Of a DNA stretch of 64,000 bases, positions 36,298-46,575 are shown piece by piece. The notes under the pieces were generated by a model. It saw only the letters and a program-made list of their open reading frames with translations. It had not been told where the DNA came from and searched no databases. The stretch lies in the NCBI RefSeq assembly GCF_988243305.1, contig NZ_OZ547136.1; one strand, given 5' to 3'. Position 1 is the stretch's first letter, and every line of letters starts with the position of its first letter. The position numbers and the translations under genes are program-made.

Positions 36298-36777
36298 ATG
36301 ATGCTCGCGTTAGGTATGTTTGTTTTTATGCGCCAGACGCTGCCACACCAGACCATGCAGCGTGAATCAGATTATCGCTGGCCGTCAAATTCCCGTATCG
36401 GTAAACGGGATGCCTACCAGTTTCTCGGTGTTGGCGAGGAAAACATGACGCTTGCCGGTGTGCTTTATCCCGAACTGACCGGCGGCAAGCTGACGATGAC
36501 CACGCTCAGGATGATGGCTGAGGAGGGGCGGGCGTGGCCGTTACTGGATGGCACCGGCATGATTTACGGCATGTATGTCATCAGCAGGGTGAGTGAAACA
36601 GGGAGAATTTTCTTTGCAGACGGCACACCCCGAAAAATTGATTTTACGCTGTCGCTCACCCGCGTTGATGAATCACTGGCCGCGCTTTATGGCGATATCG
36701 GTAAACAGGCAGAATCGCTCATCGGTAAGGCTGGCAGTATGGCGACTAAATTCATGGATATGACGGGGGCGGGATAA
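36298..36777 (+). CDS. U: tail protein U
   Basis: 159-aa track ORF at the P2 gpU position and length. Confidence 0.9.
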   Translation: MMLALGMFVFMRQTLPHQTMQRESDYRWPSNSRIGKRDAYQFLGVGEENMTLAGVLYPELTGGKLTMTTLRMMAEEGRAWPLLDGTGMIYGMYVISRVSETGRIFFADGTPRKIDFTLSLTRVDESLAALYGDIGKQAESLIGKAGSMATKFMDMTGAG

Positions 36778-37940
36778 TGCTGGATGCACTGACATTTGAT
36801 GCAGGCAGTACGCTGACGCCGGATTACATGCTGATGCTCGACAGCAGGGATATTACCGGCAATATCAGCGACCGTCTGATGAGCATGACCCTGACGGATA
36901 ACCGGGGCTTTGAGGCTGACCAGCTTGATATTGAACTGAACGATGCCGACGGGCAGGTCGGGCTGCCGGTTCGTGGCGCTGTCCTGACGGTGTATATCGG
37001 CTGGAAAGGTTTTGCCCTGGTATGCAAAGGGAAATTTACCGTTGATGAGGTTGAACACCGGGGCGCGCCGGATGTGGTTACCATCCGCGCCCGGAGTGCA
37101 GATTTTCGCGGGACGCTCAATTCCCGCCGGGAAGGCTCATGGCATGACACCACGCTCGGTGCGATTGTTGAGGCGATAGCCTCCCGTAACAGGCTGGAAG
37201 CCAGTGTCACTCCGTCACTGGCCGGAATTAAAATCCCGCACATCGACCAGTCGCAGGAGTCTGATGCGAAATTCCTGACCCGTCTTGCTGAACGCAACGG
37301 CGGCGAGGTGTCGGTAAAAATGGGAAAACTGTTGTTTCTCAAAGCGGGGCAGGGGGTGACGGCCAGCGGTAAAAAAATCCCGCAGGTCACCATAACCCGC
37401 AGCGACGGCGACCGCCATCATTTTGCGATTGCTGACCGTGGAGCCTATACCGGCGTAACGGCAAAGTGGTTACACACCAAAGACCCGAAACCACAAAAGC
37501 AGAAGGTAAAACTGAAACGCAAAAAGAAAGAAAAACACCTGCGCGCACTGGAGCACCCGAAAGCAAAACCGGTCACGCAGAAGAAAGCGCCAAAAGTACC
37601 GGAAGCGCGCGAAGGTGAATACATGGCCGGTGAGGCTGACAACGTTTTTGCCCTGACTACGGTATATGCCACGAAAGCGCAGGCCATGCGCGCCGCTCAG
37701 GCGAAGTGGGATAAACTGCAACGGGGGGTGGCGGAGTTCTCCATCAGCCTGGCTACCGGTCGGGCTGATATTTACACGGAAACGCCGGTCAGAGTGTCAG
37801 GCTTTAAGCGCGTCATAGACGAGCAGGACTGGACAATTACTAAGGTGACACATTTTCTGAATAATAGCGGCTTCACGACGTCCTTAGAGCTTGAGGTCAG
37901 GCTTTCTGATGTGGAGTACGAAACAGAAGATTATGAGTGA
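36777..37940 (+). CDS. D: tail/baseplate hub protein D
   Basis: 387-aa track ORF at the P2 gpD position and length. Confidence 0.9.
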   Translation: MLDALTFDAGSTLTPDYMLMLDSRDITGNISDRLMSMTLTDNRGFEADQLDIELNDADGQVGLPVRGAVLTVYIGWKGFALVCKGKFTVDEVEHRGAPDVVTIRARSADFRGTLNSRREGSWHDTTLGAIVEAIASRNRLEASVTPSLAGIKIPHIDQSQESDAKFLTRLAERNGGEVSVKMGKLLFLKAGQGVTASGKKIPQVTITRSDGDRHHFAIADRGAYTGVTAKWLHTKDPKPQKQKVKLKRKKKEKHLRALEHPKAKPVTQKKAPKVPEAREGEYMAGEADNVFALTTVYATKAQAMRAAQAKWDKLQRGVAEFSISLATGRADIYTETPVRVSGFKRVIDEQDWTITKVTHFLNNSGFTTSLELEVRLSDVEYETEDYE

Positions 37941-38021
37941 TGTATTTTGTTTATCTGTTTGTTTTATAAGGATAAGTTAACTAAAATGGCACTATCAACA
38001 AAACTGGAAGAGGTGCTCGCG

Positions 38022-38240
38022 ATGTTTCATTGTCCTTTATGCCAGCATGCCGCACATGCGCGTACAAGCCGCTATATCACTGACACGACAAAAGAGCGTT
38101 ATCACCAGTGTCAGAACGTGAATTGCAGCGCCACGTTCATCACCTATGAGTCGGTACAGAGATACATCGTGAAGCCGGGAGAAGTCCACGCCGTAAGGCC
38201 GCACCCGTTGCCGTCAGGGCAGCAAATTATGTGGATGTGA
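38022..38240 (+). CDS. ogr: late-gene transcription activator Ogr (Zn finger)
   Basis: Track ORF 37947..38240. The internal start MFHCPLCQHAAHARTSRYITDTTKERYHQCQNVNCSATF at 38022 gives 72 aa with the CxxC...CxxxxC motif of P2 Ogr. Confidence 0.92.
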   Translation: MFHCPLCQHAAHARTSRYITDTTKERYHQCQNVNCSATFITYESVQRYIVKPGEVHAVRPHPLPSGQQIMWM

Positions 38241-38250
38241 TCACAAAAAT

Positions 38251-38276
38251 AGCCCCTCAGTTGAGGGGCTTTATTT
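38251..38276 (+). terminator. intrinsic terminator after ogr
   Basis: AGCCCCTCA-gt-TGAGGGGCT followed by TTATTT. Confidence 0.75.
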
Positions 38277-38284
38277 ATGGTCGA

Positions 38285-38303
38285 TGTGGACGCTATGTGG
38301 ACA
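38285..38303 (+). promoter_or_regulatory. tandem TGTGGAC(G/A) repeats, candidate integrase arm-type sites (second arm)
   Basis: TGTGGACGctaTGTGGACA has the same motif, spacing and orientation as 6876..6894. Confidence 0.55.
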
Positions 38304-38351
38304 GCGGTTGACATAAATCCATTTATATCATCAGGTTAGGTGCTTTTTTGT

Positions 38352-38398
38352 GACACCATCCCTGTCTTCCCCCACATGATGTGGGGGTTTTTTTTATC
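38352..38398 (+). repeat. prophage att core, copy 2 (ogr-proximal), 47 bp
   Basis: Identical to 6747..6793. Carries a second copy of the last 44 nt of CpxQ, including the terminator hairpin and T8. Confidence 0.92.
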
Positions 38399-38476
38399 CT
38401 CAATTTGCCTGCTGCTTAATGCATTGCAGATGATTTGCTTCCGTTATACTAGCGTCAGTTGATAGCGGGAGTATTT

Positions 38477-39379
38477 ATGAATCAATCTTATGGACGGCTG
38501 GTCAGTCGGGCGGCGATTGCTGCAACGGCGATGGCTTCACTGCTATTGCTGATTAAAATTTTTGCATGGTGGTATACCGGGTCGGTGAGTATTCTCGCCG
38601 CGCTGGTGGATTCGCTGGTGGATATCGGCGCGTCGTTGACGAATTTACTGGTGGTGCGATATTCCCTGCAACCTGCCGACGATAATCACTCGTTTGGTCA
38701 CGGTAAAGCTGAGTCCCTCGCGGCGCTGGCGCAAAGTATGTTTATCTCCGGTTCGGCACTATTCCTCTTTTTGACGGGTATTCAACATCTGATATCTCCA
38801 ACACCGATGACAGATCCAGGCGTCGGGGTAATCGTGACAATTGTGGCGCTAATTTGTACGATTATCCTTGTCTCGTTTCAGCGGTGGGTGGTGCGCCGGA
38901 CGCAAAGCCAGGCGGTGCGGGCTGATATGCTACATTACCAGTCTGATGTTATGATGAACGGCGCAATTCTGCTGGCGCTGGGGTTGTCCTGGTACGGCTG
39001 GCATCGCGCCGATGCTCTGTTTGCATTGGGAATCGGCATCTATATTTTATATAGCGCGTTACGCATGGGATATGAGGCGGTACAGTCATTACTGGATCGC
39101 GCATTGCCTGATGAAGAACGGCAAGAAATTATTGATATCGTGACTTCCTGGCCGGGTGTTAGCGGCGCTCACGATCTTCGCACGCGGCAGTCAGGGCCGA
39201 CCCGCTTTATTCAGATTCATTTGGAAATGGAAGACTCTCTGCCTTTGGTTCAGGCACATATGGTGGCGGATCAGGTAGAGCAGGCTATTTTACGGCGTTT
39301 TCCGGGATCGGATGTGATTATCCATCAGGACCCCTGTTCCGTCGTACCCAGGGAGGGTAAACGGTCTATGCTTTCATAA
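38477..39379 (+). CDS. fieF: cation-diffusion-facilitator Fe/Zn efflux transporter FieF (YiiP)
   Basis: Track ORF 38459..39379. The K-12 start [20 protein letters not shown] at 38477 gives 300 aa. Confidence 0.95.
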
Positions 39380-39559
39380 TCAGTATAAAAGAGAGCCAGA
39401 CCCGCATTTTGTGTATAAAATACCGCCATTTGGCCTGACCTGAATCAATTCAGCAGGAAGTGATTGTTATACTATTTGCACATTCGTTGGATCACTTCGA
39501 TGTGCAAGAAGACTTCCGGCAACAGATTTCATTTTGCATTCCAAAGTTCAGAGGTAGTC

Positions 39560-40522
39560 ATGATTAAGAAAATCGGTGTGTTGACAAGCGGCGGTGATGC
39601 GCCAGGCATGAACGCCGCAATTCGCGGGGTTGTTCGTTCTGCGCTGACAGAAGGTCTGGAAGTAATGGGCATTTATGACGGCTATCTGGGTCTGTATGAA
39701 GACCGTATGGTACAGCTAGACCGTTACAGCGTTTCTGACATGATCAACCGTGGCGGTACGTTCCTCGGTTCTGCGCGTTTCCCGGAATTCCGCGACGAGA
39801 ACATCCGCGCCGTGGCTATCGAAAACCTGAAAAAACGTGGTATCGACGCGCTGGTGGTTATCGGCGGTGACGGTTCCTACATGGGTGCAATGCGTCTGAC
39901 CGAAATGGGCTTCCCGTGCATCGGCCTGCCGGGCACTATCGACAACGACATCAAAGGCACTGACTACACTATCGGTTTCTTCACTGCGCTGAGCACCGTT
40001 GTAGAAGCGATCGACCGTCTGCGTGACACCTCTTCTTCTCACCAGCGTATTTCCGTGGTGGAAGTGATGGGCCGTTATTGTGGCGATCTGACCCTGGCTG
40101 CGGCCATTGCCGGTGGCTGTGAATTCGTTGTGGTTCCGGAAGTTGAATTCAGCCGTGAAGACCTGGTAAACGAAATCAAAGCGGGTATCGCGAAAGGTAA
40201 AAAACACGCGATCGTGGCGATTACCGAACATATGTGTGATGTTGACGAACTGGCGCATTTCATCGAGAAAGAAACCGGTCGTGAAACCCGCGCAACTGTG
40301 CTGGGCCACATCCAGCGCGGTGGTTCTCCGGTGCCTTACGACCGTATTCTGGCTTCCCGTATGGGCGCTTACGCTATCGATCTGCTGCTGGCAGGTTACG
40401 GCGGTCGTTGCGTAGGTATCCAGAACGAACAGCTGGTTCACCACGACATCATCGACGCTATCGAAAACATGAAGCGTCCGTTCAAAGGCGACTGGCTGGA
40501 CTGCGCGAAAAAACTGTATTAA
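39560..40522 (+). CDS. pfkA: 6-phosphofructokinase I
   Basis: Track ORF 39464..40522. The start [23 protein letters not shown] at 39560 gives 320 aa. Confidence 0.97.
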
Positions 40523-40576
40523 TGATTTCGGAAAAAGGCAGATTCCTTTAGCCTGAAACCGATGACAGAAGCAAAA

Positions 40577-40680
40577 AGGCCTGATGCGCTTCGCTTATCA
40601 GGCCTACATGAATTCTATAATCTATTGAATTTGCAAACTTTTATAGGTCGGATAAGGCGTTTGTGCCGCATCCGGCATGG
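40577..40680. repeat. REP/BIME cluster downstream of pfkA
   Basis: The palindrome AGGCCTGATGCGCTTCGCTTATCAGGCCT lies at 40577-40605. A second REP-like unit, GGTCGGATAAGGCGTTTGTGCCGCATCCGGCATGG, lies at about 40646-40680. Confidence 0.8.
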
Positions 40681-40706
40681 ACAAAGCGCACTTTGTCAGC
40701 AATATG

Positions 40707-40729
40707 AGGCGGATTTCTTCCGCCTTTTT
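40707..40729 (+). terminator. intrinsic terminator-like hairpin after the BIME
   Basis: AGGCGGA-tttct-TCCGCCT followed by TTTT. Confidence 0.6.
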
Positions 40730-40841
40730 AATCCCCCAACATATACCCGCAAGTTATAGCCAATCTTTTTTTATTCTTTAATGTTTGGTTAACCTTCTGG
40801 CACGCTTTGCTCATCACAACACAACATAAGAGAGTCGGGCG

Positions 40842-41831
40842 ATGAACAAGTGGGGCGTAGGGTTAACATTTTTGCTGGCGGCAACCAGCGTTATGGCAAA
40901 GGATATTCAGCTTCTTAACGTTTCATATGATCCAACGCGCGAATTGTACGAACAGTACAACACGGCATTCAGCGCCCACTGGAAACAGCAAACTGGCGAT
41001 AACGTGGTGATCCGTCAGTCCCACGGTGGTTCAGGCAAACAAGCGACGTCGGTAATCAACGGTATTGAAGCTGATGTTGTCACGCTGGCTCTGGCCTATG
41101 ACGTGGACGCGATTGCGGAACGCGGGCGGATTGATAAAGAGTGGATCAAACGTCTGCCGGATAACTCCGCACCGTACACTTCCACCATTGTTTTCCTGGT
41201 GCGTAAGGGCAATCCGAAGCAGATCCATGACTGGAACGATCTGATTAAACCGGGTGTTTCGGTGATCACGCCTAATCCGAAAAGCTCTGGTGGCGCGCGC
41301 TGGAACTACCTGGCTGCCTGGGGCTACGCGCTGCACCACAACAACAACGATCAGGCAAAAGCGCAGGATTTTGTTCGGGCACTTTATAAAAACGTCGAAG
41401 TTCTGGATTCTGGCGCGCGCGGCTCCACTAATACCTTTGTCGAGCGCGGGATTGGCGATGTACTGATCGCCTGGGAAAACGAAGCTCTGCTGGCAGCGAA
41501 TGAGCTGGGGAAAGATAAATTCGAAATCGTTACGCCGAGTGAGTCTATCCTCGCAGAGCCAACCGTGTCGGTGGTCGATAAAGTGGTCGAGAAAAAAGGC
41601 ACCAAAGAGGTGGCGGAAGCCTACCTGAAATATCTCTACTCGCCAGAAGGTCAGGAAATTGCCGCGAAAAACTACTACCGTCCGCGCGATGCTGAGGTGG
41701 CGAAAAAGTACGAAAATGCGTTTCCAAAGCTGAAGTTATTCACCATTGATGAAGAGTTCGGCGGCTGGACGAAAGCGCAAAAAGAGCATTTTGCTAACGG
41801 CGGTACGTTCGATCAGATTAGCAAACGCTGA
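40842..41831 (+). CDS. sbp: periplasmic sulfate-binding protein
   Basis: 329-aa track ORF with a signal peptide. Matches my recollection of K-12 Sbp; the gene order fits. Confidence 0.95.
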   Translation: MNKWGVGLTFLLAATSVMAKDIQLLNVSYDPTRELYEQYNTAFSAHWKQQTGDNVVIRQSHGGSGKQATSVINGIEADVVTLALAYDVDAIAERGRIDKEWIKRLPDNSAPYTSTIVFLVRKGNPKQIHDWNDLIKPGVSVITPNPKSSGGARWNYLAAWGYALHHNNNDQAKAQDFVRALYKNVEVLDSGARGSTNTFVERGIGDVLIAWENEALLAANELGKDKFEIVTPSESILAEPTVSVVDKVVEKKGTKEVAEAYLKYLYSPEGQEIAAKNYYRPRDAEVAKKYENAFPKLKLFTIDEEFGGWTKAQKEHFANGGTFDQISKR

Positions 41832-41937
41832 TTTCTCCAGGATAATTATCAAACCCGGTGGTTTCTCGCGACCGGGTTTTTTATTTGTCACGATTTTGCG
41901 TTACCCTTGCATCTCTTTGAGGTACAGGGAAAAAAAG

Positions 41938-42693
41938 ATGAAAAAAGCGGGTCTTCTTTTTTTGGTGATGATAGTTATCGCCGTTGTGGCTGCCGGTATT
42001 GGTTACTGGAAATTAACCGGTGAAGAGTCGGATACATTACGTAAGATTGTCCTTGAGGAATGTTTGCCCAATCAGCAGCAAAATCAAAATCCTTCGCCAT
42101 GTGCGGAAGTCAAACCCAATGCCGGATACGTGGTTTTAAAAGATCTTAATGGCCCACTGCAATATCTGTTGATGCCAACGTATCGTATTAACGGAACTGA
42201 AAGTCCTTTGTTGACCGATCCTTCAACGCCGAACTTCTTTTGGTTGGCCTGGCAGGCGCGTGATTTTATGAGCAAAAAATACGGTCAGTCGGTTCCCGAT
42301 CGCGCGGTTTCTTTGGCGATCAACTCTCGCACCGGGCGTACGCAAAACCATTTTCATATTCATATCTCTTGTATTCGTCCTGATGTGCGCGAACAGCTGG
42401 ATAACAATCTGGCTAACATCAGCAGCCGCTGGTTGCCACTGCCAGGTGGTTTGCGTGGGCATGAGTACCTGGCGCGTCGGGTAACGGAAAGCGAACTGGT
42501 ACAACGCAGCCCATTTATGATGCTTGCAGAGGAAGTGCCTGAGGCGCGGGAACATATGGGAAGCTACGGGCTGGCGATGGTGCGGCAGAGTGATAATTCG
42601 TTTGTTTTGCTGGCGACACAACGAAATCTACTGACGCTGAACCGTGCTTCAGCCGAGGAAATCCAGGATCATCAGTGTGAGATTTTGCGTTAA
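41938..42693 (+). CDS. cdh: CDP-diacylglycerol pyrophosphatase
   Basis: Track ORF 41746..42693. The start [20 protein letters not shown] at 41938 gives 251 aa. Contains the [11 protein letters not shown]-like motif. Confidence 0.93.
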   Translation: MKKAGLLFLVMIVIAVVAAGIGYWKLTGEESDTLRKIVLEECLPNQQQNQNPSPCAEVKPNAGYVVLKDLNGPLQYLLMPTYRINGTESPLLTDPSTPNFFWLAWQARDFMSKKYGQSVPDRAVSLAINSRTGRTQNHFHIHISCIRPDVREQLDNNLANISSRWLPLPGGLRGHEYLARRVTESELVQRSPFMMLAEEVPEAREHMGSYGLAMVRQSDNSFVLLATQRNLLTLNRASAEEIQDHQCEILR

Positions 42694-42715
42694 GGCGAGG
42701 AGTTAAGGAAAGTAA

Positions 42716-42738
42716 GTGCCGGATATGAAATCCGGCAC
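42716..42738. terminator. bidirectional hairpin between convergent cdh and tpiA
   Basis: GTGCCGGA-tatgaaa-TCCGGCAC. Confidence 0.7.
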
Positions 42739-42747
42739 CTGTCAGAC

Positions 42748-43515
42748 TTAAGCCTGTTTAGCCGCTTCTGCAGCTTTAACGATCACTGCGAAAGCGTCAG
42801 CTTTCAGAGAAGCACCGCCAACCAGCGCGCCGTCGATGTCTGGCTGAGCAAACAGTTCTGCAGCGTTAGACGCGTTTACAGAGCCGCCGTACTGGATGAT
42901 CACTTGTTCAGCGATGTTAGCGTCAACTTTAGCGATGTGGTCACGGATGAATTTGTGAACAGCCTGTGCCTGCGCCGGAGTTGCAGATTTGCCAGTACCG
43001 ATTGCCCATACGGGTTCGTAAGCGATTACCGCACCTTCGAATGCTGCAGCACCCTGAGTTTTCAGTACCGCGTCGATCTGACGTGCGCAAACTTCTTCAG
43101 TTTTGCCCGCTTCGTTTTCAGCTTCGGTTTCACCGATGCACAGAACCGGAGTCAGACCCTGCTCTTTCAGCACCGCGAATTTTTTCGCGATCAGTTCGTC
43201 AGACTCTTTGTGGTAAGTACGACGTTCAGAGTGGCCGATGATGATGTACTGTGCGCCGATGTCTTTCAGCATAGCAGCAGAGGTTTCACCGGTGAATGCG
43301 CCGGACAGGTTCAGGTCCACGTTTTGCGCACCCAGCATGATGTGGCTGCCTTCAGCTTCACGCTTCGCCATATCGATGTACATTTCCGGTGGTGCGATTG
43401 CAACCGCACAGCCAGCAACACCTGCCAGCTCTTTACGCAGGTTAGAAACCAGCTCGTGAACCATGTGGCGGCTGCCGTTCAGTTTCCAGTTACCCATCAC
43501 TAAAGGATGTCGCAT
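42748..43515 (-). CDS. tpiA: triosephosphate isomerase
   Basis: 255-aa track ORF starting [14 protein letters not shown]; also contains ...[11 protein letters not shown].... Confidence 0.98.
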
Positions 43516-43622
43516 TTTAATTCTCCACGCTTATAAGCGAATAAAGGAAGATGGCCGCCCCGCAGGGCAGCAGGTCTGTGAAACAGTATAGAGATTCATC
43601 GGCACAAAGGCTTTGCTTTTTG

Positions 43623-44222
43623 TCATTTATTCAAACCTTCAAGCGATTCAGATAGCGCCAGCTTAATCGGTTCAACAGCGAAGGTCAGCCCCTTTTCGCC
43701 GTTGTCCGCGACAACATAACGCAGTGCACCTTCTGTCTCGGTGTAATAACGTTTGTTTTTCCCCGCCGTTAGTAGCGACTGCAGTTTTTTCTGGCTTTGT
43801 GTTTTGGTCATTAATGGGGTGAGTGTGCGGATCACCGCTGCCATGTATTCCTGAGCTTTCGCTTTCGCGGCTTTTTGCTCTGGCCCCTGGATGGGTAGCC
43901 AGGTCATTTGAATGCTTTTGATTTTTAAGGTACCGCGCTCCAGCGCTGTAGAAGCATACAAGTTCTCATTAATTTTACTGGCAGCACGAGTGAGATTGGC
44001 TTTGTCGGGACTGCTGTCGATGGCACGAAATTCGTTCAGTGGCAGGCTGGGATTCTGGCTGTTAAAGTCTTCTCTAAACTGGCTGATGGAGAGATCGAAA
44101 GTAGGGGCTCCAGCCAGCAGATAAGGCGCGGTCGTTGCCGTATCTGGTGTTTGTGCATGCGCCGTTGTTGTAACGGTTAATGCAGAACATAAGAGAAAAA
44201 ACAGCGTACACCCTGGCTTCAT
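43623..44222 (-). CDS. yiiQ: DUF1454-family periplasmic protein YiiQ
   Basis: 199-aa track ORF with a signal peptide; K-12 gene order. Confidence 0.88.
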   Translation of the reverse strand: MKPGCTLFFLLCSALTVTTTAHAQTPDTATTAPYLLAGAPTFDLSISQFREDFNSQNPSLPLNEFRAIDSSPDKANLTRAASKINENLYASTALERGTLKIKSIQMTWLPIQGPEQKAAKAKAQEYMAAVIRTLTPLMTKTQSQKKLQSLLTAGKNKRYYTETEGALRYVVADNGEKGLTFAVEPIKLALSESLEGLNK

Positions 44223-44322
44223 TGACAGTACCTTTTGTTATGACTGGCTCCGATTAAAACGATATCTGTCGCCCTTGTCAAAAGGGTAGAATCCTGGAAA
44301 AGACAACCATCAAGGAACTTAC

Positions 44323-44763
44323 ATGACCATACAGCAATGGTTATTCTCATTTAAAGGGCGTATTGGACGCCGTGATTTCTGGATTTGGATAGGCCTGTGG
44401 TTCGCAGGCATGCTGGTGCTTTTCTCACTGGCGGGTAAAAATTTACTCGATATTCAGACTGCGGCGTTTTGCCTTGTGTGCTTGCTTTGGCCAACAGCGG
44501 CAGTAACCGTTAAGCGCTTGCATGATCGCGGGCGTTCCGGCGCATGGGCATTTCTGATGATTGTGGCGTGGATGCTGCTGGCGGGTAACTGGGCGATTTT
44601 ACCGGGTGTCTGGCAATGGGCGGTGGGGCGTTTTGTCCCGACGTTGATTCTGGTGATGATGCTTATCGATCTTGGTGCGTTTGTTGGCACACAAGGCGAA
44701 AATAAATATGGTAAAGATACCCAGGATGTGAAGTATAAAGCCGACAATAAATCAAGTAATTAA
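44323..44763 (+). CDS. yiiR: DUF805-family inner membrane protein YiiR
   Basis: 146-aa track ORF with GRIGRRDFW, the DUF805 signature. Confidence 0.88.
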   Translation: MTIQQWLFSFKGRIGRRDFWIWIGLWFAGMLVLFSLAGKNLLDIQTAAFCLVCLLWPTAAVTVKRLHDRGRSGAWAFLMIVAWMLLAGNWAILPGVWQWAVGRFVPTLILVMMLIDLGAFVGTQGENKYGKDTQDVKYKADNKSSN

Positions 44764-44973
44764 CCTTTAATATATCTCTTACTGCTATTTTTTTCCGGGA
44801 TTGTTATTTCCTAGATGCAAATGACAATGCCCGGAAAATCCTTCTGAGCTCTTCACCTTAAGCAATATCAAAAAAATGGTAATCCATAAGATCATTACTT
44901 GTTTGTTCTTCCCTTAACGGCGCATTATTCTTAAGTCGTAATCGACAGAGAGGCGAATATACAGAGGTGCCCT

Positions 44974-45273
44974 ATGAAAGATGTCGTAGATAAATGCAGT
45001 ACTAAAGGATGTGCGATTGATATCGGTACGGTGATTGATAACGACAACTGTACCAGTAAGTTTTCGCGCTTTTTTGCCACCCGCGAAGAAGCAGAGTCCT
45101 TTATGACCAAACTGAAAGAGCTTGCCGCCGCTGCATCCTCTGCAGATGAAGGGGCCAGCGTGGCCTATAAGATTAAGGATCTGGAGGGGCAAGTTGAGCT
45201 TGATGCGGCCTTCACCTTCTCATGCCAGGCCGAGATGATTATTTTTGAGTTATCACTGCGTTCGTTAGCTTGA
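44974..45273 (+). CDS. yiiS: UPF0381 protein YiiS
   Basis: 99-aa track ORF; K-12 gene order. Confidence 0.85.
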   Translation: MKDVVDKCSTKGCAIDIGTVIDNDNCTSKFSRFFATREEAESFMTKLKELAAAASSADEGASVAYKIKDLEGQVELDAAFTFSCQAEMIIFELSLRSLA

Positions 45274-45299
45274 TGGAGTTGCTTTAGAAGGAGTTAAAC

Positions 45300-45728
45300 A
45301 TGGCTTATAAACACATTGGCGTGGCAATTTCCGGGAATGAAGAAGATGCCTTACTGGTGAATAAAGCCCTGGAGCTCGCCAGACATAATGACGCTCACCT
45401 GACGTTAATTCATATTGATGATGGCTTAAGCGAGTTGTATCCGGGTATCTACTTCCCTGCAACAGAAGATATTCTTCAATTGTTGAAGAATAAGTCGGAT
45501 AACAAGCTGTATAAACTGACGAAAAATATTCAATGGCCGAAGACAAAACTGCGTATTGAACGCGGAGAAATGCCGGAAACACTGCTGGAAATTATGCAAA
45601 AAGAGCAGTGCGACCTCCTTGTCTGTGGTCATCACCACTCATTTATCAACCGTTTGATGCCGGCATACCGCGGGATGATCAATAAGTTGAGTGCGGACCT
45701 GCTCATCGTGCCGTTTATCGATAAGTAA
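45300..45728 (+). CDS. uspD: universal stress protein D
   Basis: 142-aa track ORF with a Usp fold ([20 protein letters not shown]...). Confidence 0.93.
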   Translation: MAYKHIGVAISGNEEDALLVNKALELARHNDAHLTLIHIDDGLSELYPGIYFPATEDILQLLKNKSDNKLYKLTKNIQWPKTKLRIERGEMPETLLEIMQKEQCDLLVCGHHHSFINRLMPAYRGMINKLSADLLIVPFIDK

Positions 45729-45732
45729 CCGC

Positions 45733-46479
45733 TTACCAGTAATGCTCCGCTGTCATGTGGCCCGGTCGACGACGTAAATGTTTCGTCATCTGCCGGGTTT
45801 CTTTTAGCAGTTGTTGCGTATCGCGCACCATTTGCGGATTACCACACAGCATCACATGACTGGTTTCTTTATCCATTGGCAGGCCAACCGCGTTTTCCAG
45901 TTCACCGCTTTCAATTAACGCCGGTATTCGCCCGGTGAGCGAACTCGCAGCCGTTTCCCGACTGACCACCGTCTGAATGCGCAGTTTCCCCTCATAGCGT
46001 TTTTCCAGTTCCTGCATCAGCGGTAAATAGCTTAAGTCGGCGGCATATCGTGCGGCGTGAACCAGCACCAGGTTTTTGAAGCGATCTAAATCTTTGCCCA
46101 ATTGCAGAATCGATAAATAAGGGCCAATCGCTGTACCGGTTGCCAGCATCCATAGCGTTTCGCAATCTGGTACTTCATCCAGAACAAAGAAGCCAGCTGC
46201 TTCGCTAACCACCTGCACTTCATCGCCCGGTTTTAGTGCCGCCAATTGTGGGCTTAATTTGCCATCGGGGACGGTGACCAGGTAAAACTCCAGATCGGGA
46301 TTATCGGGCGAGTTAACATAGGAGTAGGCGCGCTGGACGCGTTCGCCGTCGATTTCAAGGCCAAGCTTGGTGAATTGCCCGGCGGTAAACGGAAGCACGG
46401 GGGCGTGAACGGTGAGACTAAACAGGGCGTCGGTCCAGTTCTGCACTTTAGTGACTTTGCCTGTTACCCAATCAGCCAT
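45733..46479 (-). CDS. fpr: ferredoxin/flavodoxin-NADP+ reductase
   Basis: 248-aa track ORF with RAYSYVN (FAD binding) and the terminal ...MTAEHYW. Confidence 0.95.
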   Translation of the reverse strand: MADWVTGKVTKVQNWTDALFSLTVHAPVLPFTAGQFTKLGLEIDGERVQRAYSYVNSPDNPDLEFYLVTVPDGKLSPQLAALKPGDEVQVVSEAAGFFVLDEVPDCETLWMLATGTAIGPYLSILQLGKDLDRFKNLVLVHAARYAADLSYLPLMQELEKRYEGKLRIQTVVSRETAASSLTGRIPALIESGELENAVGLPMDKETSHVMLCGNPQMVRDTQQLLKETRQMTKHLRRRPGHMTAEHYW

Positions 46480-46575
46480 GTTTTTCTCCTGTTTTGATTG
46501 ACTTGCCTTATCTTCGTTCTCCGAAAAAAAAAATTCCAGTCCCGAAGGACTGGAAGGCTCAATCGATCAAATCAC

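Larger units (their letters stand above)
6794..38351. mobile_element. P2-like (Peduovirus-type) prophage, apparently complete, ~31.6 kb
   Basis: Bounded by the 47-bp direct repeats. Complete P2 gene order from int to ogr, including the P2 19-nt cos sequence. It interrupts the K-12 cpxP-fieF adjacency. Confidence 0.95.

Noticed and set aside
40562-40759. 65-aa ORF downstream of pfkA
   Set aside because: It is composed almost entirely of REP/BIME palindromes and a terminator hairpin. This is a non-coding repeat region.
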